Source of the DNA: Basidiobolus meristosporus CBS 931.73
Taxonomy: Eukaryota; Fungi; Basidiobolomycota
DNA: 56,859 nucleotides
Assembly: GCA_002104905.1 (NCBI GenBank)
Contig: MCFE01000571.1
Location: forward strand, 1-56,859
Reading direction: 5' to 3'
Shown: positions 36,174-47,804 of the stretch, in pieces
Position numbering within the stretch: position 1 is the stretch's first letter
How the letters are laid out: each line of letters opens with the position of its first letter
Translations under genes and position numbers: made by a program
The notes under the pieces: model-generated
Seen by the model: only the letters and a program-made list of their open reading frames with translations
Databases searched by the model: none
What the model was told of the DNA's origin: nothing

Positions 36174-38289
36174 AAGCTACACTCTAGCAAGCCAGATGAG
36201 TTTGCAGAGAAAGGCATTTCATCTGCCAGAGCCTCCTCATCCTCCATTGCTGATGGAGTGGAGATCCCACTGACAGACAAAGTAGCAATGTCAAGAACTG
36301 AAAAGGCTATCATGATGCCTTCAGTGGAATATTAGAACATGAATAGGTGCATCAAGAGGTTGCAGCACTTCTTCAAGAGCAGTGGTTAAGAAAATGCACC
36401 TGAATATTGCAAAGACCTGTTTCAAAGACTGGCAGATGATGAGCCAGACCTTGCAGTGCTGGCTGAAGACTAGGATGCATGGGAACCAGTGAATAAACAA
36501 TGGCACAAAGACATAGGGTTCCCACCAACGTCATGGAAACAGAGCATTACATTAGAAATACTTATTGAGTAATAGATCCTGATGGAGTTACTTGCTGAGT
36601 GTGGGGTTGGGCTTAATGTCAGTGTAGGGGATGGGGACTAGTGTAGGTCAATACAATTGGCAATTGATGTACAACCAAAGTTTCAACAGAAATAAATAGA
36701 TTTGCATGCATGAAAAATAAGAGAAATATGTGAGTCAAGTAGCAAAGAGTATGAAAAAGAGGCAATAACCATATGTATGGTTCAACAGAATTGGCAATTG
36801 GGGTACATCTGAAGTTTCAATGGAAGTATATCTATTTGTATGGGTGAAAAGTAAGAGAATTAGCGCCGTCAGGAAGTAAGGAGTATGAAAGAGAGGCAAT
36901 AGCCAATCAATGTGCACAAACATAGGAGGTGACTGAGTCTCTGGGATCAGAAGGTAAGAACAGTTGCAGAGAACCAATCTAAAGCCACTTTTGTAATGTT
37001 GTGCTGGGAAATTTGACCAAGTTTTTTATGAGATCTGGGGTGCAATTATTTCTTGATGGTCTTTGCATGGTGTCCTGATGGAATCAATACTTAATAGTTA
37101 TGGGGCTTAGATTCTGTGATAACCTATTGACAGGATCATCACAATAGTTTTCATAGGGTGCTCCATTGATTTTGGTCTCCATACTGGACACATTCAAACA
37201 AGGATGCATGTAATCAACTGCTGAGCCCTCCTGGCTTGTTGCATGCTTACCTTTGATAGGTATCACATTTGTTGAGATATATTCAGACCTGGTACAAGCT
37301 TCAAGAGAACCAGAAGTAGAATTCCCAATCAAAGAACTTCTCTGAGAAATCTGCAAATATCTCAAACCACATTTCCAAGAAGGAACCAACCTGAAGGTAT
37401 ATGAACAGATTAAATACACCAGCCAGTTAGCCTGTGCAATCCACCAAGTTGCTGTGTTACAACTGTAACAGTGGTTCAGTATAGGACAACTCAGGAGCCA
37501 GAATAAAGTCCAACTCTAAGAAACCAAAGAAACCACTCCAAACTCTGTAGAATCTATGAGTGAAGTACAAAAATGCCTTGATTGAGCCACAGTCTCCACA
37601 GTATTACTACAATACATCTCAGAACAAGCAAAAACTTGTTATTGACATTGGATGACTGCCAACCAAGTGTATGCTCTCTTCAAAGAGCGCCTGGTGTCAT
37701 GTTGAATGTGACAGAGACAAGCCTCAACAGCATTTGGAAGATAATGAAGGAAGACTTCATTGCGTTATTGCATCTCTTCTTGTTCTCCAATCCACCTAAG
37801 GAACTAACCTAGAGCCCTAGGGCTAGCCAATTATTTGGGCTCCGTGGCAAACATCCCTCAAACAATCCAAGCCACACCCCACTCAGCTGCCAAATGGTAT
37901 CAGGTACCCACTCACAATTCCTGTGTAAGGTACAACCAGCAATGGTACTATGGTGACTCCACATGCTCTGTAAACAAAATCAACCTTGGAAAGGCAAGTC
38001 AGTCATAGAAAGGACAAAGCTCCATCTTTACCCCTGGGATATGTGAGTACTAAATGTAGTACAAGTCTTTGCCCTAGAGTCCCCCTAAAGTCCTACCTGA
38101 AGTCTCCCTAATATCCTCCCTATGAGTCCTTTGTATATCCTTCCTCCTGTTCTGGTCCTTACCTAATTAGAATTCTTACAATAACAGAAAGGTGCTCATA
38201 CCCCTATTTTATAACACATTGTTAATTATACAAGCTCCTCTCTGTGAGATATATATATTCAATTGACACAAGTTGAAGGGGAGAAACTT

Positions 38290-38713
38290 TCAATGTAGTG
38301 AACATAAGTCTTGGTTGACTTGCTACCTTCCATTGGAAGCTATTCTGAGCCAAGCGGTACTGACTTGACCTACAAGTTCTCCCAACTACCAAGTTCAGTC
38401 AGTAATAAGCCATGCAGTCAACTTGTATCTCTCCACATTCACATAGCTAGTAGCTCTTCAGGAAGGTCCAATTTGCAAGATCACTTTGTATATAGTGAGA
38501 GCATGATCTCTTTGATGCTGTAGGGGGTTTCTTGCTAGCCACAATGGCCTCAGGTACTTAATAGGCTCTGCAGAAAAGCTCCCACCTCTTGATGAAAGCT
38601 TTAACCTGGATTCCATTCAAGTAAGGAGTCCCTTGCATTCCTAGTTAAGGTAGATTCATAGTCTTGATAAGATCTCTTACTTGAGTCTGCTAGGGGCAGT
38701 TCTGTCAAACCCT
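38290..38713 (-). pseudogene. Probable gag start of a family C element, degenerate
   Basis: Lies right after the PBS. The peptide TPYLNGIQVKAFIKRWELFC resembles a Ty3 gag N-terminus; weak evidence. Confidence 0.4.
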
Positions 38714-38731
38714 CCCCCATGTTGGGTGCCA
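38714..38731 (-). promoter_or_regulatory. tRNA-Lys(1,2)-type PBS, CpG-decayed
   Basis: TGGCACCCAACATGGGGG versus the canonical TGGCGCCCAACGTGGGGC; both CG read CA. Lies 4 nt from the LTR end. Confidence 0.8.
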
Positions 38732-38735
38732 AATA

Positions 38736-39677
38736 TGAGGTAGTATAGAGGTACTCAAGGGAGAAGCTACACATATTAAGTTGTGTGAGGCATCAGATGG
38801 GTGCAACAACCTGTGGGTCTAAATATCTGGTGTCTTTGTCAATATGTCACTATGGTAAAAGCTCCTACTTCTGTAGCTTTCTAGGTGTTCCAAGTATATC
38901 CAAAGGCTTTGTATGTCTTGTGCACTACCCTGCAAAGCTCCTTGATGGCAGGTCTGATGTGTAACTGTTGAAGGTAGGTGCAGTGATCAACTACTAATCT
39001 ATATGGGAGAGTTGTTATTGGTAGAAGGGATGATTTATTGATTAGTGATTGACTTCCCTTAAATACTTTTCCTGATTGCCATGTGATTACTAATGACAAG
39101 GTTATAGAAGATTCCAGACATCAGTGCTATTCTTGAAGACATCACTATGAGCTAAAAATTTGCCAGGAATGTCCTGGAAGGTTCTAAAAGGCACAGCACA
39201 TACAACCAGTCAGGGATCAGTAGTTGGAAACCTGTGGAACATAGAAATGCCATGTATGGTATTGTAGAGTACCAGATGGCATCACTGTATGCCAAAAATT
39301 TCCAAGAAGGTTCAGGAAGGTTCTAAAAGGCTTAACATATCCAACCATTGAGGGATCAGTAGTCTGAAATCTGTGTAGCATAGAGATAGCATGTATGATA
39401 TTAAAATAGTAGGGATGGTTATACAGACTTAGATCATGTGTCACAGGTACTGATATGTGTACTTGCCTAATGTAGTTACTTATACTGATCACAAAGCTGA
39501 ATAACATCTGGGAAAACTAATCCTAATAGCTATTCAGGGTAAACATCAAATGAGGATAATGCTAATAACATGGGCAAAGTAGAATATGATAATGTTGTTA
39601 AGATAAAATATGGATAAGTGCACCACATTTTCTATGTAGATAACCTTATCTGTGGGAGGTATGTTTACCCTACCACA
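38736..39677 (-). repeat. 5' LTR of a family C element (~942 bp)
   Basis: Homologous to 54260-54892 and 10552-11193; followed on the minus strand by the Lys PBS. Confidence 0.82.
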
Positions 39678-40149
39678 CTGTACAGTCTTTGAAGCACTAC
39701 AGCAGTGCACAAAGATAAAGCCCACAAAGAAACCTTTCAGCATGGGAGGAAGACACTGTGGTGCCCTATGAGAAATTATTGTGATGATCCTGTCAAAATG
39801 CCATCACATACCCTAAGTCCTGTGACTATTAGGTATTGATTCCATCAAGACACTGCTCAGAGACCCTCAAAAATAATTGCACCCTAGATATCATACAAAA
39901 CCTGGTCAAACTTCTTCATCACAAAAATACAAAAGTGGCTTCTGATTGATTCTCTGCCAATTTTCTCACTTTCCAACACCAGAGACTCAGTAACCTCCTA
40001 CATTGGTGTACATTGATTGGCTATTGCCTCCTTTTTGCACTCCTTATTACCTGACTCAACCATTTCTCTTATTTTTCATGCATTCAAATTGATTTATTCC
40101 TGTTGAAACTTCAGTTGTACCTCAGTTGCTAATGTATTGAACTATTCAA

Positions 40150-42150
40150 TTCCCTATAACCTACACCAACAATTAGCCCAACCTCACACTCAACAAGTAA
40201 CGCCAGTAAGATCCACCACTCATTAAGTATTTCTGCTGTAATGCTCTGTTTCTACATACTTGGCAGGAGCTCTGCAGCTTTATGCCATTGTTTATTCACT
40301 AGTTTCCATACATCCTGGTCTTCAGCCAGCTCTACAAAGTTTAGCTCCTCATCTGCCAGTCTTTGCAATAAGTCCTTGCAGTATCCAGGTGCATTTTCTT
40401 GATCACTGCTTTTGAAAAAATGCTGCAACCTCTTGGTGTGCCTATTAATGTTTCTAAATTCCACTATAGGCAAAGTGATAGTCTTTTGAGTACTTGATAT
40501 TGCCACTTTGTCTGTCAGTGAGATCTCCACTCTGTCAGCAATGGAGGATGAGGAGGCTCTGGTGGATGAAATGCCTTTCTCTGCAAACTCATCTAGCTTA
40601 CAGAAGTGTAGCTCAACTGGCTGTGCTTCCAACTCTTATGAAAACAGCTGTTTTCTTGTTGGTAATTCTTCTTAGCTATGATGGTGTTCAGTTTGTTTCA
40701 GGCTTACAGTGTTAATTGGCAAGAACTGCAGCTTTTCTCTTATGCTCCCTGTCTCTGGCTTAGGTAGACTTTTTTCCCTTTACCTTTTCCTTTATCACTG
40801 TCAGGTCTTTCACTGCTACATTGTCTGAATGCTTCTTGTATTGAATTGTGTTTTTTCCATAATGAATGCTGCTCTAATGTATCTGTTTTGGCCTGCTTGT
40901 TCCTTGCTTGTACTCTGCAGGCAACCCAACACCTCTTTCCTGCTTGATTTGAGCTCTCAGCCTGTGCTGTGACAGGCTCCTGAGGTGGCCACTTGCTTCC
41001 ATCATTGCCAGGTCCCTTACTGCTACTTTAACTGGGTTCTTCTCAGGTAAACCTACACTTTTTCCTTTGTAAATGTTGTGCTGGTGCATATGTGTCTGCC
41101 TGCTTTTTGCTTATTTGCACTCTTCCTGCTACCTGATGCCTCTTTGATGCTTGATAGGAGCTTTTGGCCCTGCTTGTAATGGGCTCTCAAGGAAGCCACT
41201 AGTTTTAGCCATTGCACCCATGCTCCTCTGCCTTTAATAGTCTCAGCTTTTCTTGAGATAGTTTCCTAACATACCTATACTGGCCAAAAAAAGTGTGCTG
41301 GTTTCAATTGGGAATAATGCTCATGAAGATAGTTAAGCACATTCTGCATGGCCATGAGTTTCTGATGGTCCCATTATATGCTGGCCTTGAGGTGTTGGCA
41401 TGCTGGACTTTTAATAGCCTATTGAATATTAGGTCATTCTTCATCATTGCACTCAACGCTTCACAGATCTTCAATATCATTTGATTCTTAGACATTGGTA
41501 TAAACCCCACATTTGTGCCCTTCTATGGTGTGAGAGGTTTTCTGCAGGCATTATCATTGGGCACTATTGTTGTGCCTCAAAGACTGTACAATATTCCTTG
41601 ACTGTTACATTGGGAAGTGGCTCAATTCTTGGCAGTGATGTTGAGCTACTTGAGTTCCTTCTTTGCAGCAAAGATACTGCTTTTCTAGCTAGGATATTGA
41701 TTGCTTTACACCTTTTGTCCACTCATCCTGTCTCTGGATTATTTCCTGATTTCCCTGGGTCATTGCATCTACCCTATCAGCCACTGCACCCAAATACCTC
41801 ATTAATGCTTTGGTATGCACTGACAACATACTTGCTAATATATGTGGTGGTGATGTTATGACAGCCACTTGCTGGTCTTCAACTGAAGGTACTGCTTTTG
41901 CTACATTCTCATTGGCCTCAGCAATATGGTCAGCTTGTAGCTCCACAGATATTCCCAGCTGCCTACTTGACTGAGAACCTGAGGAGCCCACATTGTTCCC
42001 TTCAGTGGGCACACTGTCCACAGGGCCTTTTTTGGTTGTAGCTGTGCTTGTTGCACTATATGTCAAAGCAAGCTGTTGTCCAACTGTTATTCTGCTGCAG
42101 TCAGCAGGGGGTTTGGTTGGGAACTAGACAACTTGGCTTTATTTTTTGAC
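40150..42150 (-). pseudogene. CACTA accessory ORF2 remnant, function unknown
   Basis: Frame pieces 41689-42066, 41304-41510, 40874-41089 and 40252-40632 are homologous to pieces in four other copies. Confidence 0.7.
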
Positions 42151-42399
42151 AGCATATATGTGGAAGGGAGTAAAACCAAAGGTGGAATTGTGTTACATAG
42201 ACACATGTATGTGGTGCCACAACTTTATTTGTAATGCCTACTATGGTGAGTCATCATAGAGTTTTACATTCATGTAGGTGCAATATTTCAAATACAAGAC
42301 TGTCTCAAACTGACATAAGTACTGACAGAAAGTAAAATAATAGTATTGTGTAGTTGAGTGTCAAACTGTTTGCCCCATGGACTAGACTAGTTTGATACA

Positions 42400-45200
42400 A
42401 TGCTGTAAGAGAAGAAAAAAAGACCATCCATTAAGCATGTGGAAAGCATAGGAAGTATTACAACAGTTACAGCCTTTGTTTTGTCACACAAGTCATGTTT
42501 GATCACTCACCGGTCACTACAGTACCAATGATATCTTGCTGGCTACTTGATACTTTACTCACAGCATCTGGCTGTACTTGTCACCTTGCGCAAGCCAAGT
42601 CAGGAGAGTTTGTGATGCATTTAGGCTTACCCCAGCCTTCTCTATATGGCATGCAGAGTGATAGCTCTGAAGAAGCAGGCTCACTGATGGATTGTGAGCC
42701 TATCTTCCCAACACCAGTACCATGCATGAGCCCAGCAAAATCCCATATGCAATGAGACAACACTCACGGAAAATATACCAAGGATACTTTATGGAATTAA
42801 GTGAGCCCAGTAATCAATTTACTGGTGAATGATGTGATGTTGTGGCTAGAGGAGTGGAGTGATTCCACCAATGTCATAATGGGGGCTTTGAGGATTTACT
42901 ACTACTTTTTGCTAAAACCATCCTGGGATGCAACTTATCATATACATAGTATAAATGGAAAAGCATCATGCAGCTGGCAACATATGACCCAGAGACCGTC
43001 CTGATACCAGCATGTGCTTACTGTTGCATGGTGCTTACATCAGAAAATGCCACAACTGCAAGGTGTCCAACTTGTCAGGAATACCCCACCATTTGGGGAA
43101 AGCATTCTTCACACTCTTGATATATTCCAGGAATCACTGTCCAATCTGGATAGCTACCTGTATCCATTGCTGGATAAATTTTGTATGCTTTCCAGTGAGA
43201 TAACAATAAATGGCTGTTGTATAAAAGTACAAATAATTAGCTGCTTTGGATATACCCCAGCCATCAGATAGATAGCAGCCTTTCTGGGCACAATGGATGA
43301 TACTACTATCAAATGTGGGAGATACAGGGTACTCACACCATAACTCACATACTTTATTATTACCTAAACACCAACACCAAGAACATCTTTCCACAGAGAA
43401 AATGTACAGAAGTAAGCATGCAATTGCAGCAAGGCTGGCAAGCTCAAAGTCATTGGCCAGAATATGGAATTAATTGCAAACCAGAGATACTTAAAATAGA
43501 GGGTATCTGTTGGAGCAAAAGCATTCCACTGGGAGCAATGTGTTTGCTTCTCAACAATATCCCTATACTGATGACCAAGTTGTACATGGGGCATTTCAAA
43601 CTAAATGAGCCCTCTGAGATACTAGAAAAATTTGAAAGTGATGGCAACTTATTACAGAGTATCCACTAGACTACATACTTGTCATAGGCTCCAGTCAATA
43701 CTCATATGAATATTCAGCAATACAAGTGCAGGGACTGGATGAACTGGATTTGTATTTATTCAGGTGGCCTTCTGAAGCCATTTCTACCAAGAGTTCACTG
43801 AAAGCATTGGGAGTCATATATGGACACTGTAGGAATGCTTTTCCAGAAGTGCATCACCAATGCGAACTTGACACATCTACTGCTTTTGTGCAAAGAGTTT
43901 GTGAAGGGATTTGAGTGGCTATAAAACAAACATAAAGCTAATTGTGTAAATCTCTGCCGCTACTGTATTCATTTGCTACTCCATCTTGCTTGGTGTGTTG
44001 AGAATATTGGACCTTGCTTCACCTTTTGGGAGTTTCCTATTGGGTAGATGTTTGGGGAGATAGGTAGACAAGTCAGGTTGCAGCTATTACCACATCCCAA
44101 TCTCATAAAGAACAAGGATCTTCCTAGGAAGCAGATATGTGGGGAGATAGGAAGATGAATCAAGTTGCAGGTACTACCATACCCCAATCTCATCAAGAAT
44201 AATACCTTCTAGTCTGTTATGGATGTGATGAGCTGGCACATTGAGAACAGCCAGGAAGAGTTGGAAAATACTGAGGTCAGATGTGCACATGCAGACACCT
44301 ATGCCTATGGCATTAAGAAGCTAGGCAGCCCCAATGTGTAGGTAATCAGTTAAGTAATGCAAAGTTGGTTAGGTGCAACAAGCAACTGATTTTTTTGTAG
44401 GAAAATGCTACCAAGGTTGGTTGGATTTCTCTTGGCCACAAGTCAATTTCTACACCATTTGATACGGAATCCACACAAACAAGAGCCAGAACACATCTAT
44501 AAGGGGGCCTAGAATTTAGCAGGGAGTAGCAGTATACTGACTAAAACCAAGAAGTTCTTTACATATTCAGGAGGTACTCATAGCAGATGTGGCAAAACTA
44601 AGCATATGTTTGCAAGATGTATATGGCACCAGCAATGCAAGATAGATGGCAACTTTGCAAGCATCACACTGAAAAGCCATACAGTTGAGGTGATAGAAGT
44701 ATGTCAGCTGCTGAGGTGTGTGGGTCCATGGAGGTAGGTAAGCAGGAGGCCATAGCATATTTTGATTCAAACTATATGTGGGGTACCCATTATAGTAGCG
44801 GGTAAGCAAATAAAGAGAGGTGATTCTATAGTACAATACATGAATTGTGCAAAGGGACGTAGAAAAGGAAATACCACTTGGTAAATTAATACAGTAGCAT
44901 TATACAGAACTAGCTGTGGGCTGCCATACTGCTGTGATAATGCCCTCAATGGCTTGCAAAGAGGCCATCAAAGCATTGTCAAGTTTTTTGCCATCAAAGG
45001 CAATTGGATGTGCTGACCAGTTAGATCTACTCAGACAGTTGTAAAGCACACCAAAACTGCAACAATGCCATGCCACCCTTACTAAAGCATTATACAGGCA
45101 CTTTATATTTTATCAACTTTATTTGGCTGTAAAATTAGCAAACACTGTTTTCATCCTGTCACATGATTGTGTAGTTGGTCATTTGTTCTGAGCTGCTGGT
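42400..45200 (+). pseudogene. CACTA transposase remnant
   Basis: Homologous to 29150-31250, e.g. LSNLDSYLYPLLDKFCMLSSEITINGC and SIPLGAMCLLLNNIP. Confidence 0.8.
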
Positions 45201-46969
45201 ATTATTGAGGTCTCCTAATGTGATCTTGACAGCAGAGCTGGATTGGCTCCACCTGCTGGACCAAGTTACTTTTTGCAGGGGTGTTTTTTCCCCAAGCCTA
45301 AAAAACAGAAGACATTAAAGATCAATAAAGATATTGGGTGCAATGATAAAGAGTGCGCTAATCTTCAAGAGGTCATTAAAGGTCTTGCATGGCAGCACCT
45401 CAAGGAGAGCATACTGTAGGACCATTAGGACCTCAAGGCTCAGCAGAGTGTGTTTGACCTGCTCTATGAGCATTATCCTGGCTTCAAGTAAGCAAATGGA
45501 CTATTGGCCAGCATTGGCATGCTAAGTAAGTTTCCCAAGAGTAGCAGAAACCACTAAAGGCAGAAGAACAAGGGTGCCATGGCTAAAAGCCAGCAGCTTC
45601 CTCATCAGTAATGCAGCATATATCAAGGAAACAATGTAGTTTAATACAAGAAGCATTGAGTCAAAGCAGCGGTGATGGGCCTGACAGTGACACTAGCTTG
45701 CAGCTTTCTCAGAAGCCTGTCATATGTAGAGCTGAATGTTCTAAATAGGCACTAAAGAAACATCAGGTTTCTAGGGGAGTGCAGGCAAACATGAATGCAA
45801 CAGTGCAGCATTCATCAAGGATGGATTGCGGTACAATACAAGAAGCAATCAGTCACAGTAGCAGTGATGTATATGAAAGTGGTAAAAGCCCATGTCTTTC
45901 TCTGGAGCCTGTAACAAGCAGGGCTGAAAATTCTAAAACAGCAACACAAAAGCATCTGGTTGCCAGCAGAGTGCTGGCAAGGGACCAACAGGCATAAGAA
46001 GATATCTTAGTGTAGCATTCATCATGGAGAATACATGGTACAATACAAGAGGCACTAAGTTAAATTAGCAGTGAAAGATTTGGTAGTGATAAAGGCAAAG
46101 GTATTCAGAAACAATTTAGCAAGCCACAGACACGAAAGTGCCAGAAGAAAGTTACAGGTCTCATCAATTGATACCATCAGCCCAGAACATGATTAATCCC
46201 ATCATGGCTAAGAAGAATTACCAACAAGACAGCTGTTTTCTCAATAGTTGGAAGTGTAGCCACTTGGGCTACACTCCAGTGAGGTAGATGAGTTTGCAGA
46301 AAAAAGCATCTTGTCTACTGCTGCCTCCATTTTCTACATTGTAGACAGAGTAGAGATCCTACTGATGGACAAAGCACCAGCATCAAGAGCTCAAAAGACT
46401 ATCACTTTGCCTATGGTGGAATTTTGGAGCAATAATAGGCATACCAATAGGTTGTAGCACTTCTTCAAAAGCAGTGCTCAAGAAAACACACTTGAATATT
46501 GCAAGTGCTTATTACAAAGACTGACAGATAAGGTGCTAGCCCTTACATGGCAGAGGCCCAATTGAAAGCCACTTATGTATTGGTGTGATGAAAAGTTTTG
46601 ACCAAGTTTTTTGTGAAATCTGGGGTGCTACTATTTTTCAAGAGTCTTTGCATGGTGCCCTGATGAGAGCAATACCTACTGGTCACAGGACTTTAAGCTT
46701 GTGATGGTTTTTTGACAGGATCATCACAGCTATCTTGCATTGGGGGCTCTCATTGCTCCTCTTCAGAAATTGGTGAGGATCCTACCTCCTCCCTTGTCAG
46801 CAAGCATTCCATCAGCATCAAAATGTACTATCCCATCTTTAAATAGCTGAGTAAGATATGAGCATTTTTGCCTGGCATGCTAAATAGAGTCACAGGAGAT
46901 ACATTTTCTGGGCAACAATATCTGGCTTGCAGTAGCCACTTCAGCTGAGCTATTAATTTTGAAGGCTAG

Positions 46970-47410
46970 CTTTTGCAGCTGTTCAGCAAGTTGATCAATT
47001 CCGTAGACCAAATGGGGGTTGTCTTGATCAGCAAACCTGTGAGGCTGGTCCATGGACATGTCCTTGTCAAGTTCTTCATTCTAGAATGTTGCTTGTATGT
47101 CCATTTGATGAATGAAAAACTTATAATTGGCTGCATTAGTCAATATCAATTTGAGGAAATCAAGCTTGGCTACAGGTGCAAAGGTCCCAGTAATGTCAAG
47201 TCCTTTTGTTTGGGAGTATCCCTTGCCCACAAGTCTTGCTTTGCATCCTTCAACTGTACTATCAGCCTTGTATTTTGTCTTGAAGACCCATCTGCATCCA
47301 ATTGATTTTTGGTGGACTGGTAATTTGACCAAGTCCTAAGTTTCATTTCCCTCAGGGCTTGATACTGTTCAGTCATTGCAGATCTCCAAGACTTTTTCTG
47401 AGGGCTATCT
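46970..47410 (-). pseudogene. Copia RT fragment
   Basis: KSIGCRWVFKTKYKADSTVEGCKARLVGKGYSQTKGLDITGTFAPVAK. Confidence 0.85.
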
Positions 47411-47411
47411 A

Positions 47412-47760
47412 GAGTTGATATTATCAAGTGGTCACCTAAATATTTATGCTAGCTTAGTAACATAGATCTTATTTGATGATTAGCATTCACTCCCAACCAA
47501 ATTTCTTGCTGAGACTTGCTTAGAATGTTTTCACTAGATTATCAGGAGCGTAGATTATGACTTTCTTAAAGTTGCCCAAAAGCCCCAAAATTGACACACA
47601 AATACTCTTGGAACCTTCCTTAGCAAACTCTACCTATTTATTTGCACTACTTTATCACAAGTATAAGGACCATACTTTTGACCAACAGATCTAACAGTGA
47701 AAAACATGCATATCCTCTGTTCTCCGCATCACTTCCAATACTCCTCAGAATATTTCAACA
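47412..47760 (+). repeat. Diverged copia-E LTR
   Basis: About 349 bp, aligns to 51899-52247, ends TTTCAACA. Confidence 0.6.
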
Positions 47761-47804
47761 AGTTATTATCCCCAAGCTTACTGTGCTCTTGGTGTCTACA
47801 TTGC

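Larger units (their letters stand above)
29100..37158 (-). mobile_element. CACTA copy K (reverse orientation, central deletion, split by gypsy A2)
   Basis: Transposase remnant at 29100-31250 (-); ORF2 remnant at 31270-31890 and 36174-36700 (+). Terminus ...TTTTCATAGGG at 37158; the other end is unclear. Confidence 0.75.
39764..45280 (+). mobile_element. Full-length degenerate CACTA element (5517 bp)
   Basis: Ends CCCTATGAGAAAT...ACTTTTTGCAGGG, 3-bp TSD GTG. ORF2 on minus (~40150-42150); transposase on plus (~42400-45200). Confidence 0.88.
39678..46744 (+). mobile_element. Host CACTA copy H (ORF2 at 39678-39763 resumes at 45284; terminus ~46744)
   Basis: The ORF2 sequence ...GAAGACACTGTG-GTG-TTTTTTCCCCAAG is continuous across the inserted element; the end region at 46600-46744 mirrors 39764-39920. 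Confidence 0.75.

Noticed and set aside
39764-46744. One giant element with ~1.5-kb inverted repeats
   Set aside because: The GTG TSD and the ORF2 continuity across 39763/45284 show one CACTA nested in another in opposite orientation.
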